A stretch of DNA of 64,000 nucleotides from Octopus sinensis (GCF_006345805.1 NC_043012.1:5022001-5086000), one strand, 5' to 3'. Shown: positions 14,790 through 27,491, counted from the stretch's first letter. The notes: generated by a model not told the origin, from the letters alone. A program made the numbers and translations.

Positions 14790-17637
14790 GAGATAAGTGC
14801 CCACTATCTACAAAATGCTCCCACTTGGTGTGCGTCTCAAAACGTATCTGACAACCAAAGTTCAACTCCCAGCCTGCTCATGGCGGAACTGCTTTTACAG
14901 ACAGGAAAAGGAGCAAAGGCGTGTCTCTGGCGCCTTAAAAGTAAATGCTTCGGGATATGGTGTCGACACAACCCGGGGAGCAACAGATACCGGTTATAAG
15001 TCTTCACACAATTGGCGTAATGTGCGGCGCCAAGGATTGCTTCCGACGGTGGGAGAGATTTTCGAGTCTCACTGGACAACTACCGCCCGCCCCAAGCTGG
15101 GCAGTCCCCCAGCCAGTAAGGTGTTGTCCCGCCACGGTCTGCCATCTTCATTGGGTGCATGTGGATTAGGAAAACATCCGACAAGCAGACCGTTAGTCAC
15201 AGCACCAGTTAACAACGAAATAAGACCTTCAAGAAAGACACCAGCTCTAAAACTGGGATGTCGGAATGTCCGGTCAATGATACCCGGTTTTTCCCAAGAT
15301 CTGCAGGATGTCCGTGACGCCAGGAAAAAAAGCTGTCATCAACGACGTGCTCAAAAGACTGAATATCGGCATTGCCACCCTGCAAGAAACACTGCTCGCT
15401 GGTGCAGACACACTGATGGAGAAGGATTATACATTCTTCTGGCAAGGAAGGAACTTTGACGAGCCCAGAGAGCATGGAGTGGGCTTTGCAGTAGGGAACA
15501 GCTTTCTGAATATGATAGAACCAAACAGCCGCTGCTCTGAGCGACTCCTAACACTCCGCCTTAACACCACCGGAGGCTCCGTCAACCTCGTCAGTGTATA
15601 CGTTCCAACGCTGTCCGTCTCTTCAGACACCAAGGATGAGTTCTACGAGAACCTTCTATCTACCATCAAGAATATACCATGTGTCGAACAGCTTGGTCTC
15701 CTGGGCGACTTCAACTCCAGAGTGGGTGGAGACAACGACTCGTGGCCCTCTTGCCTTGGTTCGTTTGGAGTGGGAAAACTCAATGAGAATGGTCAGCGAC
15801 TGCACGAACTTTGTGCCCTTCACAACTGTGCATCGCTAAATCCTTCTACAAAACGAAACCCCAACGCAAGGTCTCCTGGAGGCACCCGCGCTCAAAGCAC
15901 TGGCACCAACAGGACCTGATTGTGGTCAGGTATGCTGCCATAAAATACGTTCTCCATACATGCTCTTACCACAGTGCGGACTACGACACAGACCACTCCC
16001 TGGTATACTGCAGGATAAGACTGCAACAAAAAAGGTTCCACAGTGCAAAGAAGCCGGGGGCCTCGCTCATTCGCGTTAGCAAGATGACTCAGAGGTCTTT
16101 GAAGAAGTATACAATGCATCGCGGGCCGGAGATACCGGCACAGCGAAGTGGGAAAGTCTGCGAGACACCATCCACCGCACCACCCTAGCAACTTTTGGGA
16201 AGAAAACATCGAAGCCACATGACTAGTTTGACGCCAAGTCGTCCGCGATGAACCCCGTCATTGAGGCCAAGCGCGCCGCACTCGCAGAATACAAGCGGTC
16301 AACCACTGAGAAAAACCTACAGATTCTCAAGGCGGCCAGGAGCAAGGTTCGGAACATCGCCAGGCGCTGCGCCAACGAGTACTGGACAGAGCACAGCGAG
16401 AGGATTCAGACGGCTGCTGCAATAGGCAACATCAGAGTCATGTACGATGGTATCAAGAAGGCACTGGAACCAACAGATGGCAAGAACGCCCCCTTCAAAT
16501 CCAACACCGGGGAAATCATTACTGACCGTGGCAGGCAGCTGGAGAGATGGGTGAAGCACTACTCTGACCTCTACTCTAGAGAGACAACAGTGACACCTGC
16601 AACCCTTGACACCATCGAGTGCATACCAGTCATGGAAGAGCTCGATGCAGAGCCTACCGTGGATAAGCTCAGTAAGGCCGTTGACAGTTTGACCGCAGGC
16701 AAGGCACCAGGAAGCGATAGTATTCCTTCAGACCTCATCAAGCACTGCAGGTCTACCTTGCTACACCCCTTGCACGAGGTTCTCTGCCAGTGCTGGAAGA
16801 AGGGAAGCGTTCCGCAAGACATGTAGGACGTTAAAATCATCACCCTTTACAAGAATAAGGGCAAAAGAAGTGACTGCAACAACTACTGATGTATCTCCCT
16901 CCTTAGCGTAGTTGGTCAAATCTATGCTCGGGTCCTGTTGATCCGTTTGCAGAATCTGGCTGAACGTATCTACCCAGAATCACAGTGTGGCTTCCGAGCT
17001 GAAAGATCCACGGTAGACATGGTCTTCACCCTTCGCCATCTCCAGGAGAAGTGCAGAGAGTAGCAGATGTCCATCTACGTTGCATTCATTGACCTCACCA
17101 GGACCTTTGATCTTGTCAGCAGAGACCGTCTTTTCAAGGCTCTCCGAAAGATCGGCTGTCCTCCAAAACTGCACAGCTTAATCGAGTCTTTCCACTCCAA
17201 CATGAGAGGGACTGCGCAGTTCAACGGCAACCTCTCCCAGCCTTTCGACATACGCAGCGGGGTCAAACAAGGCTGCGTACTTGCCCCAACCCTTTTTGGG
17301 ATCTTCTTCTCACTCCTGAGGCATGCATTTGGCGCAGCACAAGAGGGAATATACTTACGGACCAGATGGGATGGTAGGCTGTTCAATCTTTCTCGTCTAA
17401 AAGTCAGGACAAAAGTCCATGAAGTCCTCATTAGAGACATGCTGTTCACTGATGACGCTGCAGTTGCGACACACACTCAGAGAGAACTACAGCTGCTGAT
17501 GGATTGCTTAGCCCAGGTCTACAAAGACTTCGGGATGACAATCAGTCTGAAGAAGACAAACGATATGGGTGAAGACACGCCGGCACCACCTGTCATCACC
17601 ATCGACAACTATGAGCTCGAGGTTGTCTACCAGCACC
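14790..17637 (+). mobile_element. RTE-clade LINE, decayed and 3'-truncated
   Basis: APE motifs (GCRNVR, LQET, HGVGFAV, VSVYVP, LLGDFN) and RT motifs (KAPGSDSI, QCGFR, AFIDLTRTFD, GVKQGCVLAP, LFTDD at 17445-17456). Multiple stops and frameshifts; ends before the YLG motif. The 5' boundary is approximate. Confidence 0.9.
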
Positions 17638-18927
17638 ACTGATCGTGCAGGCCTATTATCTCTTTCCTCGCAGGCATGATTATCACATCATGCTAAGGGT
17701 ATGTATGGAGATATTTTCTAATGTGGCCCTTTACATTGGCAAAACCTTGATTGTGATTCCATGGAGAATTAGTTGCTGTTTTATAGAAGTCGATTTAATT
17801 GATTCTCTGTCTGAAATTAGCTTTCTTTTCATTGGCGTAGGAGAGACATGTATATAGAATAGACATAAGAATTTAAGCAGCGTATTGTAAGGTAGTTAGT
17901 CATGTTGCTTATAAAGTTTTAAAGCTTAAAGTAAAAGTTGTGATGCCATTTGAAAGAAGATGGCCAATTAGTTTGTCATTTTGGAAGTCATAATTGTGAT
18001 TGCAAGAGAGAAGGAGAGAGAGAGAGAGAGGCAGAGGAGAAATAGGGAGACAGAAATAGAGGAAAGGAGAGAGAAACTGTAAGGTAGAGTTTGTGTACTG
18101 TGGGGAAGAAGAACGGGAAAGTAATATATATATGTGTGTGTGTGTGTGTGTTTGTATGTGTGTGCGTGTGTGTGTGAGTGTGTGAGCATGTATGCGCGTC
18201 TGTGTGTGTGTAGCGAGAAGGAAGTGAGGAAAGTGTATGCGCACCCGCGTGTGTGTGAGAGAGAGAGAGAGGAGAGAGACAGGGAGAAAGATAGTGTGAG
18301 GGAGAGAGAGTGAGAAAGAGAGAGAATCGATTATATTTTTAATCGTCTTAACTTGAACATTATCGAATAATGTTAACAAACAAAGCGAAGAATGTTGGCT
18401 TTGTTTGGGTTGAGAATAGAATTGAATTGAGATTAGAAAATTCCTTGGTTTTCCTTGTAATTTTGCTGATTACTGAAGAGCTGGGCTTGAATAAGAGAAC
18501 TGAAGAAGCGTGTCGAAAGTTGATGGACAAAGAAAGTTTGCCAAAGCTTTCAATGAACGCGGCTTCTGATAACCAAACGACCTCAATGAAGCAGTAAAAT
18601 AAATCAGATATTCTTCAGCCATATATACTTAATGGTTTCCAAATTTGGCACAAGGCCAGCAATTTTCATGGGAGCTGGGAGCGGAGGCTAATCTATTACA
18701 TCGACTTCAGTACTGAACTGGTAAAGTCTACCTCAACGGCATATCATGACTGATGAAAGGCAGCAAAGGATGACCCGCCTTTTTTTGCCTGTCCTTCTAA
18801 TTGTTTTTTCTCTTGTCCGCCTTTGTATCGTCTATCAGCCCGAACATTTTAATGCACTCTATTGCGTTTTCGTTCCATTTTTATATTTATATAGACATAT
18901 ATATATGTGTGTGTTCGTATGTGCGTG

Positions 18928-18964
<37 letters not shown>

Positions 18965-19373
18965 TTAATAAGAATTATGCTGCATTTATTTCTAAATGCA
19001 GTATTTGTTTTCCGTGAAAGTTTGGCGCGCTGTTAGTTGGGGCATTTGAATTATAACGTCGGATGTAATCAATTGAACCACACGTGTATTTATCGTTATG
19101 GTAAAATCTGGCGTGTGATTGAGTGGATTTCATCCAGATAGTTTTGGCTGACGAGCTACAAGTGGATTTTTTGTAAGTAAAATTACATTAATTCATTAAT
19201 AGCGAAACAATTGTCCCAAAATAATCTGTATTTTTGTATTTTTTATTTGCCCTGTCCGTGTGAGCTAACAATCGTACTGACTTTCATGGGAAACATGTAT
19301 TTTTGTGGTTGAAACCTTTTGGATTAACTAGTGCTAGAGTGAGCCATATAGTGACCACTCTCTTATATTTATT

Positions 19374-19409
<36 letters not shown>

Positions 19410-19699
19410 CACACACAAAGACAAATTGACAGATACAACTGAGTGGGCAAACAAATATGAGACACCACCTAGTGCTTTTTTATTTTGATAAGCCTGGTAC
19501 TTATTCTATCAGTTTTTTCTTATGAAACCAGTACGTTAATGGGGAGGTAAATAAACGAACAGCAGTTGTGAAGCAGTGATGAGGGAGAAACACAAAGAGA
19601 CACAAAGAAACTCAAAGAGACTTATATATATACATACATATACATACACATTCATACATACACAAATGCAAGCATATACATACATACATAATAGGTGCC

Positions 19700-19767
<68 letters not shown>

Positions 19768-19987
19768 TGTGCCTGTGTTTATCCCCCCTCCATCGCTTGA
19801 CAACTGATGTTGGTGTGTTTATCTCCCCGTAACATTGCGGTTCGGCAAAAGGAACTGACAGAATAAGTAGTATAATGCTTGGATATTTATCACTTCCAAA
19901 GTTCTGTTCGCTATGAAACGTGTACCGGATTTTATCGACTCTATTCCTTAACTCTTGAATTCTTATGTGTGTATATACATATATATA

Positions 19988-20027
<40 letters not shown>

Positions 20028-20251
20028 ACATATATATTCATTTCTTTCAATATGTGTGTATGTATGCATATGTGGGTATATATTTCACCAGCTGCAGAGC
20101 TCAGAATCCTGGGTTGGTGTTGCACGGGATAGCTCACTTAAACTTTTAAGGATAGATAGGGGAGGGCTTTGAGTCTTTTGAGACAAATTCAGCTTGATAT
20201 GGTGTCTTCATAAAAGTACTGGTGACTGTGACACCTTATCACCACTTACCA

Positions 20252-20638
20252 GTGGAGGCGCAATGGCCCAGTGGTTAGGGCAGCGGACTCGCGGTCGTAG
20301 GATCGCGGTTTCGATTCCCAGACCGGGCATTGTGAGTGTTTATTGAGCGAAAACACCTAAGGCTTCACGAGGCTTCTGCAGGGGTGGGGGTGAACCATGC
20401 TGTACTCTTTCACCCCAACTTTCTCTCACTCTTTTTTCCTGTTTTTGTTATACGTGTATTTCAAAGAGTCAGCCTTGTCACACTCTGTGTCACGCTGAAT
20501 CTCCCCGAGAACTACGTCAAGGGTACACACTCATCTGTGGAGTGCTCAGCCACTTGCACGTTAATTTCACGAGCAGGCTGTTCCATTGATCGTATCAGCT
20601 GGGACCCTCATCGTCGTAACCGACGGAGTGCTCCTATA
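20252..20638 (+). mobile_element. SINE family A, full length with 15-bp TSD
   Basis: tRNA-like head with A box TGGCCCAGTGG and B box GTTTCGATTCC. TSD TATCACCACTTACCA at 20237-20251 and 20639-20653. Confidence 0.93.
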
Positions 20639-21063
20639 TATCACCACTTACCACTGCATGAGAGTTATGGACAAAAGAATTAATACAAACAATAGCATTG
20701 TTGAGAATGGAACTAGAAAAAGTGATGGACTTTCATGTAGCAGGACCCCTGTGGGTAAACAGCACAGGCCTGGTTGACATTATACGGCTGCCAGAACAAA
20801 ATGGTCAAAGGCGATGAATACAGTTGTATAGATGCAATGATAATGAATTGAAGCCAATGTAGAAATAGACTGCATGACATTTGGTTGAAAATGCAGTGCT
20901 TAGATATTATGGAACATAGAATGTATGACCAGGCAAGGAAGAAATGATGAGATTAAGAAGAGAGTAACAATTGAAAACACAGTGAGTGAAGTTAAGAGTG
21001 TTTGCCTCCATAACATGGCAGTCCTGTTTTAGGACACATCTCGCGTTGTGAGATTTACAAATA

Positions 21064-21226
21064 GGCGCAGGAGTGGCTGTGTTGTAAGTAGCTTGCTTAC
21101 CAACCACATGGTTCCGGGTTCAGTACCACTGCGCGACACCTTGGGCAAGTGTCTTCTACTATAGCCTCGGGCCGACCAAAGCCTTGTGAATAGATTTGTT
21201 AGACGGAAACTGAAAGAAGGGTGTCG

Positions 21227-21273
<47 letters not shown>

Positions 21274-21478
21274 TTGTGTGTCTGTGTTTGTCCCCCTCAA
21301 CATCACTTGAAATCGATGCTGGTGTGTTTACGTCCCTGTAACTTAGCGGTTCGGTAAAAGATACCGGTAGTATAAGTACTAGGCTTACAAAAAATAAGTA
21401 TTGGGGTCGATTTGCTCGACTAAAGGCGGTGCTCCAGCATGGCCGCAGTCAAATGACTGAAATAAGTAGAAGAGTAAA
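21064..21478 (+). mobile_element. SINE family B, full length
   Basis: GGCGCAGGAGTGGCTGTG head, CCTTGGGCAAGTG core, internal (TA)n(TG)n, tail GGCGGTGCTCCAGCATGGCCGCAGTCAAATGACTGAAA. Confidence 0.9.
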
Positions 21479-21605
21479 TAGTGATTTACAGTGAGTGAAG
21501 TTGAAGTGGCAACAGAGAATGTTTGCCAAGTTTGTATTTCCTGGAAGAATTATTCTGGTTTAAGCCTTGGGAATATTGAAGCACTGAGTGATGAAAGAAT
21601 GCAAG

Positions 21606-21696
21606 GTATAAGTCCTGGGGTCAATTTGCTCGACTAAAGGCGGTGCCCCAGCATGGCCGCAGTCAAATGACTGAAACAAGTAAAAGAATAAAAGAA
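21606..21696 (+). mobile_element. SINE family B, solo 3' tail
   Basis: AAGTCCTGGGGTC...GACTGAAACAAGTAAAAGAATAAAAG with no head. Confidence 0.85.
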
Positions 21697-21707
21697 ATGC
21701 ATACATA

Positions 21708-21862
21708 GGCGCAGGAGTGGCTGTGTGGTAAGTAGCTTGCTAACCAACCACATGGTTCAGTCCCACTGCGTGGCATCTTGGGCAAGTGTTTTCTGCTATA
21801 GCCCCGGGCCGACCAATGCCTTGTGAGTGGATTTGGTAGAGGGAAACTGAAAGAAGACTGTC

Positions 21863-21924
<62 letters not shown>

Positions 21925-22136
21925 TTGTGTGTTTGTGTTTGTCCCCCTAGCATTGCTTGACAACCGATGCTGGTGAGTTTACGTCCCCGTCACTTAGTTG
22001 TTCGGCAAAAGACACCGATAGAATAAGTACTGGGCTTACAAAGAATAAGTCCTGGGGTCGATTTGCTCGACTAAAGGCGGTGCTCCAGCATGGACGCAGT
22101 CAAATGACTGAAACAAGTAAAAGAGTAAACAAAGAG
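21708..22136 (+). mobile_element. SINE family B, full length
   Basis: Same architecture as the 21064 copy. Confidence 0.9.
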
Positions 22137-22548
22137 TATATGTATAGCCACATATCACCATCTTCGTTGGTTCTCTAATAAAACTATTTTATTAATGAGA
22201 CAAACACTTATTGCTTAACAGTATGTTCTTTACTATCGACCATCGCTTGCTCAACATTCCTCTCATTCAATCATGTACTCTCTCTTACTCCGCCTTCTCC
22301 TTTTTGGAGCTGTCCTCCTCTTCCTTCTCATTTTATCTCAGTCACTTGTACTTTCCTCTTCCCTCTCACACTTCGTCTCTATCTTTTCGTCTTTCTCTTC
22401 TAAAATCTCGATAACACTGACTTTCTCACTCCTTCTCCCCGTCTCCCTCATAACTCACCTCATCTCTATATCTCTGTTACTATTTCTTCCGTAACTTCCT
22501 CTCATCTGTCTGTCATTCATTGCTGAACTTTCCCCACTCGTTCTTATA

Positions 22549-22586
<38 letters not shown>

Positions 22587-22935
22587 GTTTCTGTCTCTCT
22601 CTGCCTCTTCTTCCCTCGTATCTTACTTATTTCCAATCTCTTCTCTCTACTCTCTTTCTAGTTTCTACTTTCTTCATCCCACCAAACAATAATATCCGTA
22701 GTGACAGCCACGAACTAGAAACGCACAGATCGATAGGAACAAGAACCGCCGCCGCCGCCACCATCACTACTAATACTACTACTATCACCTCCCATCACCA
22801 CCACCACCACCACCACAGCAACAACAACAACAACAGCATCAGCACTATCAATAATGACAACAGCAACAAAAGCATCTTTGAGAAAAGTCGACAAACGATT
22901 TAAAGACTCAAACGCAAGGCCCTATAATCGGAGGT

Positions 22936-23008
22936 GGCCTTGTGGCCTAATGGAGAAGGCGTCGGTCTCCGGAACCGAAGATTGTGGGTTCGAGTCCCAC
23001 CAGGGTCG
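22936..23008 (+). tRNA. tRNA-Arg-CCG: tRNA-Arg (anticodon CCG)
   Basis: 73-nt cloverleaf: acceptor GGCCTTG/CAGGGTC, D arm GCCT/AGGC, anticodon stem TCGGT/ACCGA with loop CTCCGGA, T arm GTGGG-TTCGAGT-CCCAC, discriminator G. Confidence 0.93.
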
Positions 23009-23018
23009 GTACTGTTAA

Positions 23019-23023
23019 TTTTT
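23019..23023 (+). terminator. Pol III terminator (T5) of tRNA-Arg
   Basis: TTTTT begins 11 nt after the tRNA 3' end. Confidence 0.7.
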
Positions 23024-23640
23024 CTGGCTATAAGCTGTTATTTCATCAATTGTTGCTTCAAGTGTTTCAGCGAATTCACTGGTATCTCCTTATATCGATT
23101 TCCTTTTTAAGGAATGGTTGCCACCCATATCTTCATGTGAAGGAACACAACTTGGCGCACCCTTTTAAACAGGTATACGAGATAACGTACCTCTGTTCCG
23201 TTCTCTGTATAGATATCCGGCTACAATTGCTGTCCACTACTAACCAGCAACTATCACAAGGAAACGAATTTTGCGTCCACACACATACACATATATATAT
23301 GTTCTTGGCATGCTTGGTACACTGTTGCTTTCCCCATGAATTTAGTTTTAAATTCTACAAAAAGAATGAAAATCATAAAGAATTGTAAGACTCAAAATAA
23401 ACCATTAAACTATCCTACCTGACGCCATTTAATATTTTACAATGGCCATATATTTTCATTTAAACGAAACCTATTTCCGGTGGGTCACTATTGTGGCTAA
23501 CTTCCTGTGAAGCATTTCCGTTTAGCTAAATTAACTTTTCCGTTCCAGGGCCGAATCTCATCGGTTTGCTTTTATTTTTTATTTACGACATTTTGCATAA
23601 TACAATAATACAACCTACATATATATATTATTTGCAATAT

Positions 23641-23730
23641 TTACAATTGACGGATATTTGTCCTCCTCTTGCTTGTTGTTAACACAACGTTTCGGCTGAT
23701 ATACCTCCAGCCTTCATCAGGTATCTTGAG
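23641..23730 (-). mobile_element. Penelope-like terminal fragment with minimal hammerhead motif
   Basis: Minus strand ATAC-CTGATGAA-GGCTG...CAGCC-GAA-ACGT-T-GTGT. Confidence 0.65.
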
Positions 23731-25126
23731 GTGGGGGGAGACAGGTACTATAAAAAGCAAAATTTCCCAAACCAAACATCACTAAGGAAGAAACGTTTGC
23801 TATCAGATTTTGCAGTTTATAGTGAAGGATGAAATGGCTTTTCTGAAAATATGTTTCTTTTCCTATATCCAGACAATAACGATATTTTATAAAAAGGAAA
23901 CTATGTTGCACGCGCGCGCACACACACAAACACACACACTAACTTATGATGACCCAATTCTGAGGTTTTAAACTATACGAGATCCCCATATTTGACGTCA
24001 CTCCATCCAGAGTAAAGACCCAATACTGTAGTTGATTAAGTTTTAAAAGCTCAGAAATTATCAAACATTTCCACCTATGATGTTTAGATATACATATGCT
24101 CTTTTGAACAATCAGACATATATTTGGTATAGTATACGAACCCACATCACGACATGAAACACAAAGAAGGACGTATCTGCCTAACTCACAACTCCAGACC
24201 CAGTTTCATGGACAGGAAATGGAGATGAGAATAAAAGAAACAAGCATGGTGCGACACCATGGCCAAATCCATGGACGAATTATGATTAGATTCATAGCGA
24301 ATGTAAAAAGAATGCAACAAAATAGCTTTATGATAAGATATTAAGTGAAACTGATATGAAAGAGCAACTCAATTTGATATTTGAATGTTTATCGCAAAGA
24401 ATTGCAGTGAATTAATTTTGAACAGGAACTTAATTCTAGATATGAGTAAGAACGGTCACAGAAAGGTTATGAAAATTAAACATGTCAAAAGTATAATTAA
24501 GATAACATCGTAGCTTAAATTCTGCGATTAACGCTCTCGGCAGAATTTTGAGATTACAAAAATTCATGGAGATCAATGTATACAGAATAAAAACATTGTT
24601 TTAACTGTTGGCAGAGGGTAAGGAACTAAGAATAGCTTTCATAGTCGTAAAATGTTTAAGTAGTTAACAGAAAACATAAATGATATCGAAAAAATAATTT
24701 TTGAAATTCAAAACAATGCGAATTATAAGAGATAGTACAATAATTTGGAATTTATACGATGGTTTGGAATTTTACCTTCAATGTTTCGAAGTTAGGAAAT
24801 CTTCTTCAGAAAATCTTCGCAGATAAGGTGTTATGACGTTGTGTACAGACTTCTCTGCTCTAATTATTGTTATACATATAATGTTGAACTGAATAATATA
24901 TGAATAAATAATTAATTTGTTAAATACATAATTAGTTATTTGGGTGAATAAATTATGGGAAGTTGAGAGAGTATGCGTAACATAGTTACTTAGTAACTGT
25001 AACTGCTGGCAGACTTTAAGAACAAATAGATGGTGCTTTTGCTTCCTTCGTGTTTATAGTAAATGAAGAATATTCAGATATTACTTTTGGACGATGAAAC
25101 ACTTCACTGTCAATTTAGTGTAGGTT

Positions 25127-25410
25127 AAGGCAGCGAACTGGCAGAAATGTTAGCACGCCGGGCGAAATGCTTAGCGATATTTCGTCTGCCACTACGTTCT
25201 GAGTTCAAATCCCGCCGTGGTCGACTTTGCCTTTCATCCTTTCGGGGTCAATTAAGTAAGTACCAGTTACGCACTGGGCTCGATATAATCGACTTAATCC
25301 GTTTGTCTGTCTTTGTTTGTCTTCTCTGTGTTTAGCTCCTTGTGGGTAGCAAAGAAATAGGTATTTCGTCTGCCGCTACGTTCTGAGTTCAAATTCCGCC
25401 GAGGTCAACT
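25127..25410 (+). mobile_element. SINE family C (head + ~184-bp unit + start of a second unit)
   Basis: AAGGCAGCGAACTGGCAGAA head and GTCGACTTTGCCTTTCATCCTTTCGGGGTC core. TATTTCGTCTG unit start at about 25178 and 25362. Confidence 0.85.
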
Positions 25411-25459
25411 GCTTGTTCATACACCTGCCTTCGTCCTTTGCTTTCCTGTAAATTTAAAC

Positions 25460-25494
<35 letters not shown>

Positions 25495-25499
25495 AAGGG

Positions 25500-25920
25500 T
25501 GAAAAGGAACACACGAGTTGATATATATGAAAAAACAAGTCAAAAATAGAAAATGCTAAAATAATTTTATAGTGAACATTTCAGTACCGGTTTCGGTCAT
25601 TTTGAGACCTTTTCAACTGTAACGATTAAATAATTAAATTTAGAAAAATTAGAAGAAAAGTTTTTTTAAAAGAATATTTCTATAGTAGTGTTCAGATTTA
25701 AGTGGCATTCTGCCTTTCTCTGACTCCCTTGTTTGCACTTGTGTGTCGGAGGTCGTTGTGAGTTCTTGGTAGGGTAGTAGAGGAAGAAGGCTGGTGGGGA
25801 AAGGGGGGTGGGAGAATCTGGGAGTGCCCTGATGGTCGTATTTTGAATGGTCAGTGGCGGCTGGCAGTCTCAGTTCAATTCAGGAGAATATTTATATTGA
25901 CAGGCTTGTTTATAGAATTA
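25500..25920 (-). mobile_element. Penelope-like 3' fragment (GIY-YIG-type C-terminus + hammerhead-like terminus)
   Basis: Minus strand reads ...KYSPELN* near 25870-25900, resembling a GIY-YIG C-terminal P-x-LN, followed by a hammerhead-like motif at 25582-25619. Confidence 0.5.
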
Positions 25921-25977
25921 GCGTAGGTGTTATACTAAAAAACATTAGTGACAAAGTTAAGGGGTAGGGGGTGGAGA

Positions 25978-26035
25978 AGTAGAAGAAGAAGAAGAAGAAG
26001 AAGAAGAAGAAGAAGAAGAAGAAGAAGAAGAAGAA

Positions 26036-26079
<44 letters not shown>

Positions 26080-26080
26080 T
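25978..26080. repeat. (GAA)n microsatellite
   Basis: Tandem GAA. Confidence 0.95.
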
Positions 26081-26460
26081 AAATTTTAACAGCAGAACCT
26101 TACATGCACCGTCAATGCCATAGAAGCCTGGTCGAGAACCGTTGATTTAAACGTTCTTTTTCTATATACTTTACCCGTTTTCTTAATCACTCCAGGACTG
26201 CCTTTTATCTATCTGCGTATTGAATGCATTGATTATATTCCTCAGCATGTATTTGGATGAATTCTTGAAATATATTTAACTTTACAAGAACGACAATCAT
26301 ATTTGAATTCAAAAGTCCTCGTCTCTAATTAGATGTATGAAAAGAATATAGTATAATGAAGATGGTTCCAAATTTCGTATATGTCATCGCAATGATATTT
26401 GTGTGAACGCACAACTAAGTAATATACCGTGTCTCGTAATGATGGCACACGTTATTTGTA

Positions 26461-26712
26461 CCTTGGTTGTCCGGAAAGTTCGTGCCGATTTATAGTAGCT
26501 TACATTTCGACTTATTTTAGAACATGGTTGAGTCCATAAAATTCTAGAGAAACGTCCAGAATTGGCCAACAGGAAGGGTATGATTTTCCAACATGATAAT
26601 GCAAGACCGCACGTTTCTTTGGGAAGCAGACAAAAATTGCTGCAGCTTGGCTGGGATGTGTTACCCCACCTTCCATATTCACCAGATATTGCTCCTTCTG
26701 ATTTCCACCTCA
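26461..26712 (+). mobile_element. Internally deleted mariner remnant (5' TIR-like end + DD34D catalytic fragment)
   Basis: TA followed by TIR-like TTGGTTGTCCGGAAAGTTCGTGCCGATTT, then ILEKRPELANRKGMIFQHDNARPH...PYSPDIAPSDFHL. Confidence 0.85.
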
Positions 26713-26729
26713 ATCTTGGAAGAGGGTAT

Positions 26730-27400
26730 TTTCAAGTTACCGACTAAATATCATACAGATTTACTAATGTCATCTACAACCAGAAAAATCTGGCCTTATA
26801 TTTCTTTAAGAACCTCAAATTGCTCTTCTTTCCTATCAAATTATCTTCCTCTGATAAGTAATTCATCCAACGCATCCTCATTTATTCTCTTACTTCACCT
26901 TTGACTATTCCTGCCATTAAACATATTAATATTCAAAATTTCTCTCTATCTACAGGTATGAATCATACATAGGCCTTCGCACCATATACGATATAATGTT
27001 TCTTATCTATTTTATACTAATTTAACCAATTAGCTACAGACCTTGTCCCTGCACTGGATATTTCATCTACACCAACCAACACTTCACTGAATAGTATTAA
27101 AATATAAAGATACACGGTTCTGATATCTCTAGATTCTTTACTATACGCCATAATTGTACTGCACGTCTATTATGCAAGCTTACGTCTATAAAACGTCCCC
27201 AATTAGGTAGATACAAACTACGACATTTTAGATACTTACAAATCTATTTTCCCGATCTTTATAATTAATTTACATCACCTTTGTGTACTGTCTTCTCATA
27301 TTCGTTTTTTTATCAGTTCGCTCTATTCTTAATATCCTTACATCTCAATATCCAACATCACCATTAATCTACTTGAAGATTTCAGAATCGACACTTTGTC
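26730..27400 (-). mobile_element. Possible highly decayed L1/Tx1-type ORF2 C-terminal region
   Basis: Minus-strand fragments such as VQLWRIVKN and ILICLMAGIVKGEVRE/MRWMNY loosely resemble LINE C-termini; many stops. Confidence 0.25.
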
Positions 27401-27491
27401 TTAGTTAAAATTCTAGTTGTACACTCAATCAATATCATTTACCTTATCAATATTATATTACTACTAACGCTATAGCTAGATTCGCTTATCT

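Noticed and set aside
24140-24900. Protein-like AT-rich stretch, possibly a decayed ORF
   Set aside because: No recognisable motif, and stop density is not clearly below expectation.
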